The notes under the pieces were generated by a model. It was not told where the DNA came from. It saw only the letters and a program-made list of their open reading frames with translations, and made no database searches. A stretch of 64,000 nucleotides of DNA from Klebsormidium nitens. Lineage: Eukaryota > Plantae > Klebsormidiophyceae. This document shows, piece after piece, positions 1 to 11,400 of this stretch; position 1 is the first letter of the stretch, and every line of letters starts with the position of its first letter. The translations under genes were made by a program, and so were the position numbers. The stretch covers positions 248,001-312,000 of the forward strand of contig DF236981.1 of assembly GCA_000708835.1 (NCBI GenBank), read 5' to 3'.

Positions 1-497
1 CCAGTTCAAATTCGACGTTCTTGTGAGTGAAGCGTTGCTAGTTCTACCAGGCCCTGCTGCTTGGCAAGATCTAAAATTTTCAATCACGAAACAAGCCGCC
101 AGGGCATGCGTCAGCAGTTTGCGAAAAGCGGTGCTGATATTGGTGCTGGCATTCTTTGGCGTTTGAAGATTCGACTTACTTACGAACCTGTACATTGTTT
201 TTCCAAAATTTCGAACTTAAGAGTGCAAATGCAGCAGACTGTAAACCCGGTTGATCTGTGACTCATAATTGTCACTGCGCCAATTGAACAGAATATGTGT
301 ATACGCAGATACATGCAGATTGAAGTGAGTCGACGCGGCTATGTGTAGCTAGAATTGTTCTATAATTCTAGCAGCTTATATACCGAAGATCGAAGCTTCT
401 AAAGTCTCCCTTATCCAACGTTTCAATCCATACATTGCCAGTGGCGTAGGACAAGGATGCGCGCCCCGTCGAAAGTTCATTATACACCCATGTTTAT

Positions 498-557
498 GCA
501 CACATGATCATGTGTGCTTGAACACATGATCATGTGTGCTTGAACACATGAACACAT
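498..557. repeat. Short tandem repeat (22-bp unit x2 plus partial copies) built on the palindrome ACACATGATCATGTGT
   Basis: Unit acacatgatcatgtgtgcttga at 500-521 and 522-543, followed by acacatg fragments. 498-517 is a perfect 20-bp palindrome. Confidence 0.8.
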
Positions 558-1095
558 GCCAGAATGCGGACTCGAGTTCGCATTCTTCTCTAGCTTACAA
601 TATGCAAGCACAATCAAAACACATCACTATAGATGCGAATTAACCCGGGATCCTTATAGCAATCACGCGCGATCAATGCATATCAATCTCTAGCCATGCA
701 TGCAGTTAACCGTATATATACTAGTTATATTAATTCGCTTGAGCGCGAAGCCTTCATATCTCATGCATCAGAACTACGTATCTCATTGCATCGATAGATA
801 TATAAGTCAGTGATTTTGATCCTGGGATGTGCGAGGCCTCGCGGCACGCGTATTGAGATTGGTACGCGTGGTTCATTCCTCGAGAATTATCCTCTCCAAC
901 ATGCGGATTATTATCTGCAAAGATTCTTGTGCTGACGCGTTACTCTTACTTCTAAGGTGCTGAGAGTATAACAAAAAGTTTTAAGCGCCACGTATCTTCA
1001 CACATTCCAGCGGTCCAAACAAATCCTGACTATAGCCCGACGAGTAGCAACATGCCATTTAACAAACACTTGAGTCCATTTAGGAGTACTTCGGC

Positions 1096-4000
1096 CTAAG
1101 CGTGGGCGATCCCGTTTGCTTTTGCCTTGCTCGGGCCTCCCGGACTCCGCGACTCAATTGCTTTTATGAATGCCGTCGAGTCGGCAATCGCCCCGAAGAC
1201 GCCTCCCTGCATCTTGATCATGTTGTGAGCCGCCAAGTGGTTGGCAGGGTCGGTTGCCCCGGTGCAGTCCGTCAATAAAAGGCACTCGTAGCTGCACAGA
1301 AAGGGTGACTCGGTCGGTGAGGTCAAGCTTCTTACGAGGGCATAAGCAGCGTACTACTTTCCTCAGTGTACGCAAGCGTCCATCAAACGAAAACGAAATA
1401 ACAAAGAAACGAGATTCCATGCGCCGAACGAGCCGCCGGAAAAAGGTTGCCGTGAATTCCGATGGGATGGCACGAGTCTGCCTCGTATCTCTGATTGGAT
1501 GGTAAACCTCCAGGTCAGACGCTCACAGAAAGGGCAGTCCTCGCAAGTCGCTTGCAGCAAAACATCAACGAAACGCACGTGATTGATTGCGGTAGAAAGC
1601 AGGGCCGTCAATGCAGAAGATGTTACAAAAGTCATTCATATAGGAAAAAAGGGTTCATCCGCGAAAATTCACAAAGAAACCCAAATGCTGGCCGATATGT
1701 TTAAAAACCTTGACGCTACTTGACGCAATCTTCTGAGACACGGACCTTATACGCCTGATCTGGCCAAAACGCGTCTTTGGCAACGGACGCTTTGCTGCAG
1801 TCCACCGACTTAAGAGTGAACTTCCACGATCCAAGAAGCCGGTGCCTTCTATGGTTAGTTTCGGTAACGGTTCCTAAGACTGATGTGAACGGATCGAAGC
1901 AAAGTCCACTCACCCCCGGTCGTTGGCGTCGCGCATCGTGGTGTGGACGCAGACGTCGGTAGTGATTCCTGCCAGCACGATGTTCTGGATCTTGGCGAGC
2001 CGCATCAGCATGTCCAGATCGGTCGCGTAGAACGAGCCCTGCGGAGGACGCGCCCCTCGTTACGGTTTTGAACAAACGTGCATAGTCAGTTCCTCTGTTG
2101 GATCTCACAACTAGGCTGTGTTTGTTTGCCGCGCCTATTCAGATTTGCAAAGTGGCTACAATTCAAGATCTGGATCTTTTCAATAGTGTACCAGTCTGTG
2201 CGCTCTGTCGACTCGGCAGATTGTCTCCGCAGCGGCGACGTTGAAATGGCTAGATGGCGGTCCTCCGCTTTGACGTTTTTGATTGATTCATTCCAGAGGG
2301 TTACAGAATGTCGAATCGACTGGACTTGAACCTTCAACTTCACGTTGGTCACAAGGTGTCAGTTCACACCAGAGAGGCGTCATCTGGTATTCAGGACTTC
2401 GGCCAACCGCTTCCCGTCCGTGGCTTTCAGCGTTGCATCGACGCCGACTCAAGAGGCAGATGTCACGTTCTTTCTACAACGGGTAACAAAAGCACGCCAA
2501 CTAGATGAAAGCAGAAGCCACCGCCGACCCTCCTCTCAGAAAACCCCACTCACCTTCCCCGGCTTCTCAATGATTGGCTCTCCTTCCAGGGGGTACAGCT
2601 CCGGGATGATGTCCCAGCCGGGCTCCCCCCTGGTAAGGATTCTGCCGCAAGGCCCCTTGGAACCAATCCCCGCTCCGATCTGCTCCGATCGCCAACGCTT
2701 GTTCTGGGGCAGGTCCGCGAGATCCGGCCGGTGGCCCTCCCGGGTGTGGAACACGTGGTACCCGAGTTTGCGACACGCGTCCAGCACCGATTTGATGGGC
2801 TTGATGGGCGCCTGGAGGGGAGATCCGGGCATTAGCAACACATCAAGCAAGCTGGGGGGTATTCATGCGAGGCCGACGTAACCGAGAAACGCAACCAGGG
2901 TGAGGCGCGCTTCCGGGAGTCGATCTGCGTGATCGAACTGAACCTTGTTTAGTGGATACACACAGACCCTAAGGCAACATGCGCACTTTTCGCCGAACGC
3001 CTGAAGGACAGAGCAGATGACTTGGACCTTGCCAAAGCAATGTACATTGAAAAGTCACACCTTGTTAGTGAGTAGGATCTTCGAGACAGCGTCTGAGGCT
3101 CATTGTCAAAGCGATGCAGCTTAACGGGCTTTCAAGGACAGACCTGGGTAAGCGAGAGATCGTAGCCCATCTGATCGACGTAGCCGCCCTTTCCGCAGAA
3201 GTCGACCTGCATGTCGATGATGATGAACACCTGCAAGGAGCGAGGGGGAACATATCAGCAGATGACACGTCAGATCTTGCTCTCTGCGCTGTCGAGGGCT
3301 GTCACAATCCTCTAAAGGCGGCCACTCGTTCCCTGTGAGTGTAATTAGTCAAACTTACAGGACTTCGAGGGTGCTTCTCAAGAAGGAGAGAACGCAGGGC
3401 TCTGTCTGACCAAGAAAACGAACACCGTTGAGAGCATCCTTAGAACGGTCGTTGCAACCGTTGAGACAACGAAGCTTCTGAGGAGGAGACCGATCTGTCT
3501 TGCACGTCTGATGATTAACTCGACAAGGGTGGAATGCGTAAAGATACCCGAAAATGCCTAAAGAAGACGACCAATCTTGCTCTTTGTGTTTCACCATTGT
3601 GATTGACCCCACTGGATCCGATTCCTATCCTTCTACTTGCGCTTTTTCCGAATACAGGTCAACCTCAGCGATTGAAAGCACAGGCATTGTACGTGAACTC
3701 ATAAGCACGGAGGAGGCTGCCACAAGTCTGAAGAAATCTAAACACGAAGGCCGGCCCTTTTTGCTGAGAGCTTTTCCCTTCAGTTGCGACTTAGGGGTAA
3801 AGACTGACCGTATTATCGGGTCGCAGGTCTCCGTTCCAGGGCCACTTGTAAGGCTCTGCGTCCACTTGGAGAGGGGCCGGCAATGGCTTCCCAACCCCTC
3901 CAGCAGTGTATGCCCGCCATCCGCCATATGAGGTGATGTCTTTCTGGCCCTGCAAGAACACGTGGATGTAACAAACCGCTTTAAGATGCAAAGAGCAAGG

Positions 4001-5475
4001 TTCAGCATGGCATCAAGATACATCATATGGTCCTGGCAAACTTTGCAAGTGCCAGAGCTAAGCAGCATTTGAGAAAGGACTCACTGCACGCACCGGCCTG
4101 CAAATAAACTCATGATTGACACCCCAAGGCACTACCCCTTAACAGGCAACGTCTCTCAGGGGCCGCGCTTGGTCTATGGATTCTTCAGGGGCAGTTGAGC
4201 AAAGCATACCTCCGTCAAGAAAGGCTCTGCAAGAACCCCCAAGATCTCGTCCCCGCCAGCTAGCACCACTTTGCCAATGCTGAGGCCAGCAGGCTCCTTT
4301 GTGAGTATGGACACCAACCCCTCCGCAGGGACGTCCCACACCTGGAATGACTTCATCACTTTAGGGCTGAGCACCGGCGTGCTGGTAGCTGGGCCATTAA
4401 TAGCGCAACCAGAAGCATGCTCTTTCTCCTGCATTAGTTTTGCTGGTGTGTGAGTTAGCAGGACCTTTTATGATCAAGTACTGCAGCATTGAATTACTGC
4501 GGGCTGCCAAAAGGACTATCGAGGAGCTAAGTTGTAGAGCGCTCTGAACAACTGGAGTCAGAAAACATTCTTCATTGCTTGTCCGAGCCCAAACAACCTA
4601 CAGCACAGCAGCCCTTTGCTACACTGGGTACGAAACAGCATGTTTCTTTTTCTCATCGGAAGCGATATCCACAATTTCTGAGGGAGAGACAACAGAAGAG
4701 ACAGCATACCTTACCTCCAAAGCAACTGAAGCTCCAGACTCATCTTTGCCAACTCTAACCATTCCTGGATGCTTGTCATTGATCGAGAAGATGCGGTACT
4801 GGGGAGCAGTGCTGTCTTCCCTGAAGGAGAAATATGCGGACTAACTGTGAGATGTGCCTTATCGATCAAGCATGGCAGTACCTGTGAGAAGATGTATCAA
4901 ACACACAAGCCAGCTGTTCAACCCTGCAATTGCTGCTGACTTGGCAATTGGTAATGTGACAATGATCAAAGTTAAGCTTCAGTCACAAAGCATCTTTGTG
5001 ATGCTGGGAAAGAAACTTTTGAACACTCGCAGGTTAGGCGGGCCGCTGACCTGAATATCCATGTCATTCGTCATGGAGTCATGCAAGAAAACTTGGTTCA
5101 AAGGAACTGTCCTTCACAGCTTGGAGGTGTAATGCATAGTTACCCTGTTACCAGAACTGCTGAGAAAGATAAGAGGGCAAGAGATGTAATAAAGCAGAGA
5201 AAAATAGACTCCAATCTAGGCGGCTGATCCTGAGAAGCTCTGCAGACAGTAGATGGCTGAGGCTCAATCTGTTTCTCTACAAGCTGGCAAATGACCTTTC
5301 TGGCATCAAAAGAGACCATTGCACAATCATCTTTTGTGATATTGGAGTCCCACTGATGAATCAAGGAGGAGAATCTGTGAACTTACCGCACAAATTGTGC
5401 TTTGGCAGCTACCATGTTTGGATTCAATTCTAGCCCCCTCATAAGGGTGCCATTGACAGCCAAGAGAACGCTCAT
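1096..5475 (-). CDS. biuH: Fusion of an N-terminal GGCT-like (allophanate hydrolase C-terminal-like) domain and a biuret hydrolase (isochorismatase-like cysteine hydrolase); 8 exons, 377 aa
   Basis: Exons 5475-5387, 4820-4715, 4341-4210, 3949-3809, 3230-3144, 2811-2554, 2038-1914, 1291-1096. All introns are GT-AG, phases are consistent, total 1134 nt. N-domain: [73 protein letters not shown]-domain: [99 protein letters not shown]. This is colinear with Rhizobium BiuH as I recall it, and the Asp-Lys-Cys triad is intact. An additional upstream exon cannot be excluded. Confidence 0.9.
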
Positions 5476-8417
5476 CTTGCCAGGCTCCTTGCGGTGGAGA
5501 AGTAAGTATTGACCTGGGCAGGGAAAGGAAGTGCTTTCGTGAGTCGTCTGTACTCCTAAATGTAGGGTTGGCGTCATTGTGTGTCACGGGTAGGAGCTTT
5601 TAAGAGATATCTGTTGCGGGGCCAATGAGAGTCACCGATCTTTGCATGCTTCCCTTCCCGCCCTCCAAAGCACACATTCTGCAGAGTCCATAACAGGCAA
5701 TGCAGGCCAGCATTGCTGGCATAGGCTCTGAGTAACACTGTTTTTCATTTGAGTTACATTAAGATTGAGAATTAGCAGTCATTCACCATAATCTAGCAGT
5801 CAATCAGCAGCATCCGACTCCTACCAAGACACGTGAGTTTCATGTTTGACTCCAGCAGTTCAAAAGATCTGGACTTGAAAGCTCTTGAACTAATCAAAGC
5901 CCATCTGACTGGAGACCAAAGGCAGTGTGTGAAGGTGGCTTACTGACTAGTGAGTTAGGCGTGTTGACTTATGAATTTAGTCTCTCGTTCAAGCCTGAAG
6001 TCAGCAAATCCCAAAGAGAAGCATTGACTCTGTCCAGTTCCTGACTTTTGGGGAGGTCAGCAGCATTGAAAACCTTGCAAGGCACCATAAATTCAGCTTG
6101 TGGCAGCTCTCAATGCCCAAACAAATGCTGATGCCTTCAGTTGCTGCTCCATCTTGGCCAGCAGCGTGGCAGATGACCCGAGGAGCATTGCTTGCACATT
6201 ACACCCAGAGCACTAGTACAAGCGAAGGTTTGTCAGAAATGAATACATATCTACGCCTGCATTCTATTCACCAGCTTACCTGGCTCCAAGATTGTTGGTC
6301 ACACTTTATGCCTCACAAAATACGATCTGCAGCATTGAGGCCAAGAATTGTAGTGCTCTGTGAGCTTGACCAGACAAGCCACGCCTGAGCTTTGCCCCTG
6401 TTGCAGTCAGAAGAACAGATCTCTGACTTGGCTTGCAAGCGCAAGAACTCTTTTGGATTCTAATTTCTACTGTCGTTACAACGGAATACTAATAGCTTCT
6501 AGTACAGTGCCTTGCGAGAAAGACCTGTGTAGTGTGCACCATGAGATTGTACCTAAATTCCTGCACCATGCTTCGGCCTTGCAAGTTGCAGCTTCCGCTC
6601 CACAAAGCTGAGTCGATTTTGCCATTGGGCAGGCCTGTGTAAAGCTCCCTTTGAGTAATCATTCCGGGATCCGGTGTCATGATTCCGGCCTTCGAGTAAT
6701 CATTTCAGTTTTTGCAGATAATGTCGCGTCATGATGACGAGTTCAACCACCATGAGGTCCACGTGCACCATGTGGCACATAGGAGTTCTATGGGCTCGAG
6801 TCCATCAGGTTCCGGAGTCCATCAGTGCAGCGAGCGCGAGCGACTTGACTCGGATCGGACGGTTTTTTTGAACGTTGCTTCCAATCTATGCAACTTGCTA
6901 AAGTGCAGCAGTAGCTGAGGGACGTATGCATGCTGCGTGTCCTTTTTGAGTTTTGACTCACTGGCCTCACTGCAGAACAGAGGTGAAGAGGAAATTGTGT
7001 GGCAGCATTCGTAGCCACATACTCATTGGTCACGATATTTTATATGCAGCGGTCGACAAATGAGAAAATGACGCTTCTCAGCTTCCTAGAAATTTCAATT
7101 GACGTCTGGACTGGATACCTCGCCGCACAACACCATGCTGTAGGATGCTTGCAATCCAAATTTTTCAGCACATGGCTCGAACATTTGTGCCGGTCCTTCA
7201 ATCATTCGTTGCAAATCTTCGAGCTTTCGGAAAGGCAAGGAAAAAAGCTGATCTATGTCTCGCTCGCAGCTCCTGATCAGCTTAACCACTGACGTTGAGG
7301 CGGCTGCTTTCTACTGTAGAAGAGTCATTGTAGAGATAGCCTTATTGCAAGATGCACTAAAATTAATCATGCATGCACTTTCTCGCAAGAACATGCCGAC
7401 GGTAGGACCCGGTCAAGATACTGAGATAGTTGATGAGAGTCGGAGGGGTTACAATGTTGGCGCTTGCGCATGTTTCTGCATGAATGTCAGCTTGTCCTTT
7501 TTACCCAATCCGGATCACTATGGTTTGCTGACTATTGTGAGAAAAACGTACATCGATCAATTATCCACCGAGACTCATGCTGCACCTCGGAGTTATTCAT
7601 CCGTTGTATTCTGATACCCGCCAGGTCGGACAGCAACTCAAAGCCGGTGGCTCAATTGACGTGGCTTAGGGTTTCATGCAAAAGATTCATCACAGAAGGA
7701 CCCAACATGTTTAACGTATGCCGATGTCGCATGTGCTGTTTATGCAAAACATCTGAAAGGCCAGTCAGCCTGACTTACACCTTAGTTGACGTTGCCATGG
7801 CCAATGTCCAGCAAAACGGACAAATTCGACGCCACCCTGGAGGGTTGCTTGGCTTAACAATTTGCATCCATATGGAACGCTTCGAAGTACTTGCGAAGCA
7901 ATTCAATTGTTAAATACTGTTAAAGCGGGGAATGTTCGACTTGTCATAGTACCATAGGTAGCAAGCCTGTCTTTGCCTACCATGTTTTCTCTTGAAGCCA
8001 AGGACTGGATGGCTTGCACGTTCTACTTATTATCTACTTACATAAGCTTCGCATACTTCAACCTCCTAACGTTCAATATACAGTCGCGCTCAGACTGACC
8101 TGTGAGTCGACGCCTTAGATAAATACCTCAGAAGTTCTTGCGTGACTTACAGGTTCGTTGTGTAGGAGAGGCTGAAGGAGTAACCACTGCGCGCGACTCG
8201 CTTCGCGCCTTGTCTCCCGATAAGGACAAGCGAAACCAAGCAAGTGACGGCTATTTCACCTGCCTAGCATGCAACACGGGGACTTTCCAAAGAGTTCTGC
8301 ACATCGACCCTTGTACCAGCGCCCCCCCGACCATATTTGTACACCAGATCCCCCTTCTTTTTACTTAACCGAGCTAGTAGTCGAGGCGCATTCCTCTTGG
8401 GTCAATCGTCTCCGGCT

Positions 8418-11400
8418 TCAGACCTTCGGAGGAGGGGACGGGGGCTGCTTGGCGACATCGGACTCGGTGGTCGGCAGGGTGTCGTCGCCCATTTCCATCT
8501 TCATGGACCGCGATGCCTGCACGTGCAGGTAGTTGGTGGCCCAGCTGCCGCCTGCAAAGATCATCAAAGTAGAGCCAGGTCAGGATAAGAGTGTCATGAG
8601 GAACCGCACCAAGTCTTCACCGATCGTTGTCCGGACAGATATGGGCCCGCAGATATGGGCCCGCAGTAAGGATCACACATGAGAACGGGTGAAACGTGCC
8701 TTGACAGATACAAAGCACAAGCTATTCAAATTATTGCCCGGGTTGCCAGTCTATAAACAGTTCCCAAGTTGCAAACCTTTGAAGCGAGAGCCGTCGCAAT
8801 AAGCCCGAGGCATTCACGCAGCTTCAGAAAGTTCCGCACCACAATGGAAAGTACAGGACAGAGCCACAGAAACAAGGGGCTCACCAGGCCACGTCTTCTG
8901 CCACGGGTGCAGCTGGAACGTCACCAACTTGATGATGATCCAAGCGCCAAACCCGGCGATGGCACCATACGCGATGTTGGACGTGAACGGCTGGACGATG
9001 ATGGTGAGGAAGGCGGGGATGGCCTCCGTCAGATCCTTCCACTCAATCTCTGCGAGACGAAAGCGTTCGAGAGGTTCAGGTCTGCCGCGAGGCTCTGCGG
9101 ATCACATGACGTCAGCAGCCAAACTCGAGCGCAGACAGGCCGTGTTTGAGCAACGAGATGCACATGCGCTACTTGTACGAGTTCAATAGAAGGCTTCGAA
9201 TGTGCTTGGTGACCATTTATATTCCAACCAAGCGGGCAGCATGGCCCCTGCGATTGACCGTGGAATCGACAATCCGGAACACGAGCAATACCTGGTTGTC
9301 AGATCAGACCTCAGTTGCAAGAGCAGACCAGACGACCAAGGTAGTCAGCGGATCAATCAAATCAATCAATAGCAACAGTATCAGCGGACCTCGCCCTTCT
9401 CGGTCTTGGCAAGATCAAAGAAGCCCACTTATTGCCAAAAACAGAATCGCAATGATTCGCGGCTCACCAATGATCGACTCGTTGAAGATGAGCACGCCGA
9501 TCAGCACCAGGATGGGGCCCGTCGCGATGTTCGGGATCGCCGTGAAGATGGGCGACAGGAAGCACATGAGGAAGAAGAGCACGGAGCAGAAGCACGCGCA
9601 GAGGCCCGTGCGGCCGCCTTCCTTGACGGCGGCCGCGGACTCGACGTATGTCGTCAGGCATGACGTCCCCAGGATGCCGCCCATGACGGTGCCGAGGCCG
9701 TCCGCCAGGAAACCCTTGTTGGAGTTGGGGATGTCGCCGTTCTCGTCGATGATGTCCATCATGGTGCCCATGGAGTAGAAGGTGATGCACGCGCCGATGA
9801 AGTCGAGGTACAGGAACGTGACGAAGGCTGCGAGGGGGCGGAAGAACTACCGTCGTTAGTCAAACCTGGTTAGCGACTGAACAGTTGCCCTTCTATCCAC
9901 AAAACGTGGTTCGTGTCTGGTTGATCGCCCGCAACAGAGCGTGGTTGAGAGGTAAAACCGCCTGGGAGGGGCCGGCAGAAGATGCCATCAAGAGGCTGCT
10001 CGGAAAGACGGGCAGCACGGGGCCGCGAATCTTAGTGGACTGCAGAGAGATAAGCTGAATTGAGGTTATCGGAAGTTGTGAAGGAAAGCAAGCAACCTCC
10101 TAACGTGTGCCTCCCTAAGTTCGTAGAAACCGAGATGCAGCATGGGAAGGAAGATGCACTTTGTTCTGAACAAAAGGATCAAGGACTGTGAAAGTACGGC
10201 TTAAGTCCGTGGGGTTCCGAGAAACTATAAAAGCGAGGAATACGACTAGGGGCGTAGGAAGCAGCGCCAGTGAAGGACCAGAGGAGGCCCGCTGCGAGTT
10301 ACAAGCACGGATTGTACAAAGTTCGGATTCAACAGGTTGTGAGGTAACCTAGTGATGGTGAGAATACTCTTTAGAGAGATAGTCGGGCCGAACTATCACT
10401 TGACGATAGAGACGGGTTTGGAACGTGACTAAGGCCACTGGGAAAGCACGGGGGAAGGTATTGCACAAACGAACGTGCGATGGGGCGCCGAAATGGCGAA
10501 CAACACGGCTTGAGAAGAATCGTTTAACTGGAGTCAATGGCTCTCAATACAGATGATGGTCAGCTGCTCCATAGCAGTGGTACTGTTTGATTCGATGGCA
10601 GCCAAACAGTGGTGCACGCTTCCAGGTTTTCCAACTCTTTTGTCGAATTTCGAGGTTTTGTAGTTGCGGCTTAGATTATTCCCAGTCCCGCCCTGCACGG
10701 TTTAGGTTCTGTAACATTGCGGGTGACTGAGCGCCTCACCAGAGATCAGCTTCCCGGAGTCGCTTCCCCACGCGAAGCTGATGTTGCCAGCAGTCTCCTG
10801 GAAGGTCGGCGCATCAACTGCCTTCTGGGGGGCTGTGTCCGTCCACTTAATCCAGCTGATGAAAGTGGTAAAGAGGATACCTGCATGAGTTCAAAGTTAA
10901 CATGGTGAGCACTCGGTTTCTTTTGCCGCTCGGTCTCTTGTTTCAACCAAAATCCCCACAATCTGTGAGATAGGGTTGTTGTGTTAGAGCAAGAGCCTCG
11001 TGAAGAACTACTTTTATTGCCATCCTGAAAAGAAGCCTATTGACTCCGTTCTTATGCATGGGCTACATCCAATCGGAAGGATGCGAGTTTTAAACGCCTA
11101 CCGTTCAGAAGTATGAGAAACAAGAAGCAAGAGTATCATCATGTGTGACGTAGGCTAGGAGCTTGAATGTTACGGCAGGACGAATGTCCTTTTCAGCAGA
11201 AGTTATCACAGTGGAGTAACAAACACTACACTGAGAAGTGAGCGGGATCTTAGAAGCGTACCTATGAGGAGGGAACCGTTGAGGTGGTAGACTGTGAGGA
11301 TAGCGGTCAGGGTCAGCCCCGCCATAGAGAGCCAGGGGCAGGTGGGGCCGTTGCTGGGGTCGTTGTAGCAGCGATTGAATTGCTTATTGAGCTGGACCAG

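Noticed and set aside
5480-7330. Exon-like minus-strand ORFs (7095-7289, 6489-6680, 6788-7033) as a fourth cluster gene or extra BiuH exons
   Set aside because: I could not join them in phase or match them to any family; probably UTR or intergenic sequence. RNA-seq is needed.
8636-8668. 15-bp tandem duplication cagatatgggcccg containing TGGGCC (site II-like)
   Set aside because: It lies in the last permease intron, has only two copies and shows no evidence of function.
9146-9778. 210-aa plus-strand ORF
   Set aside because: It is antisense to a GC-rich permease exon.
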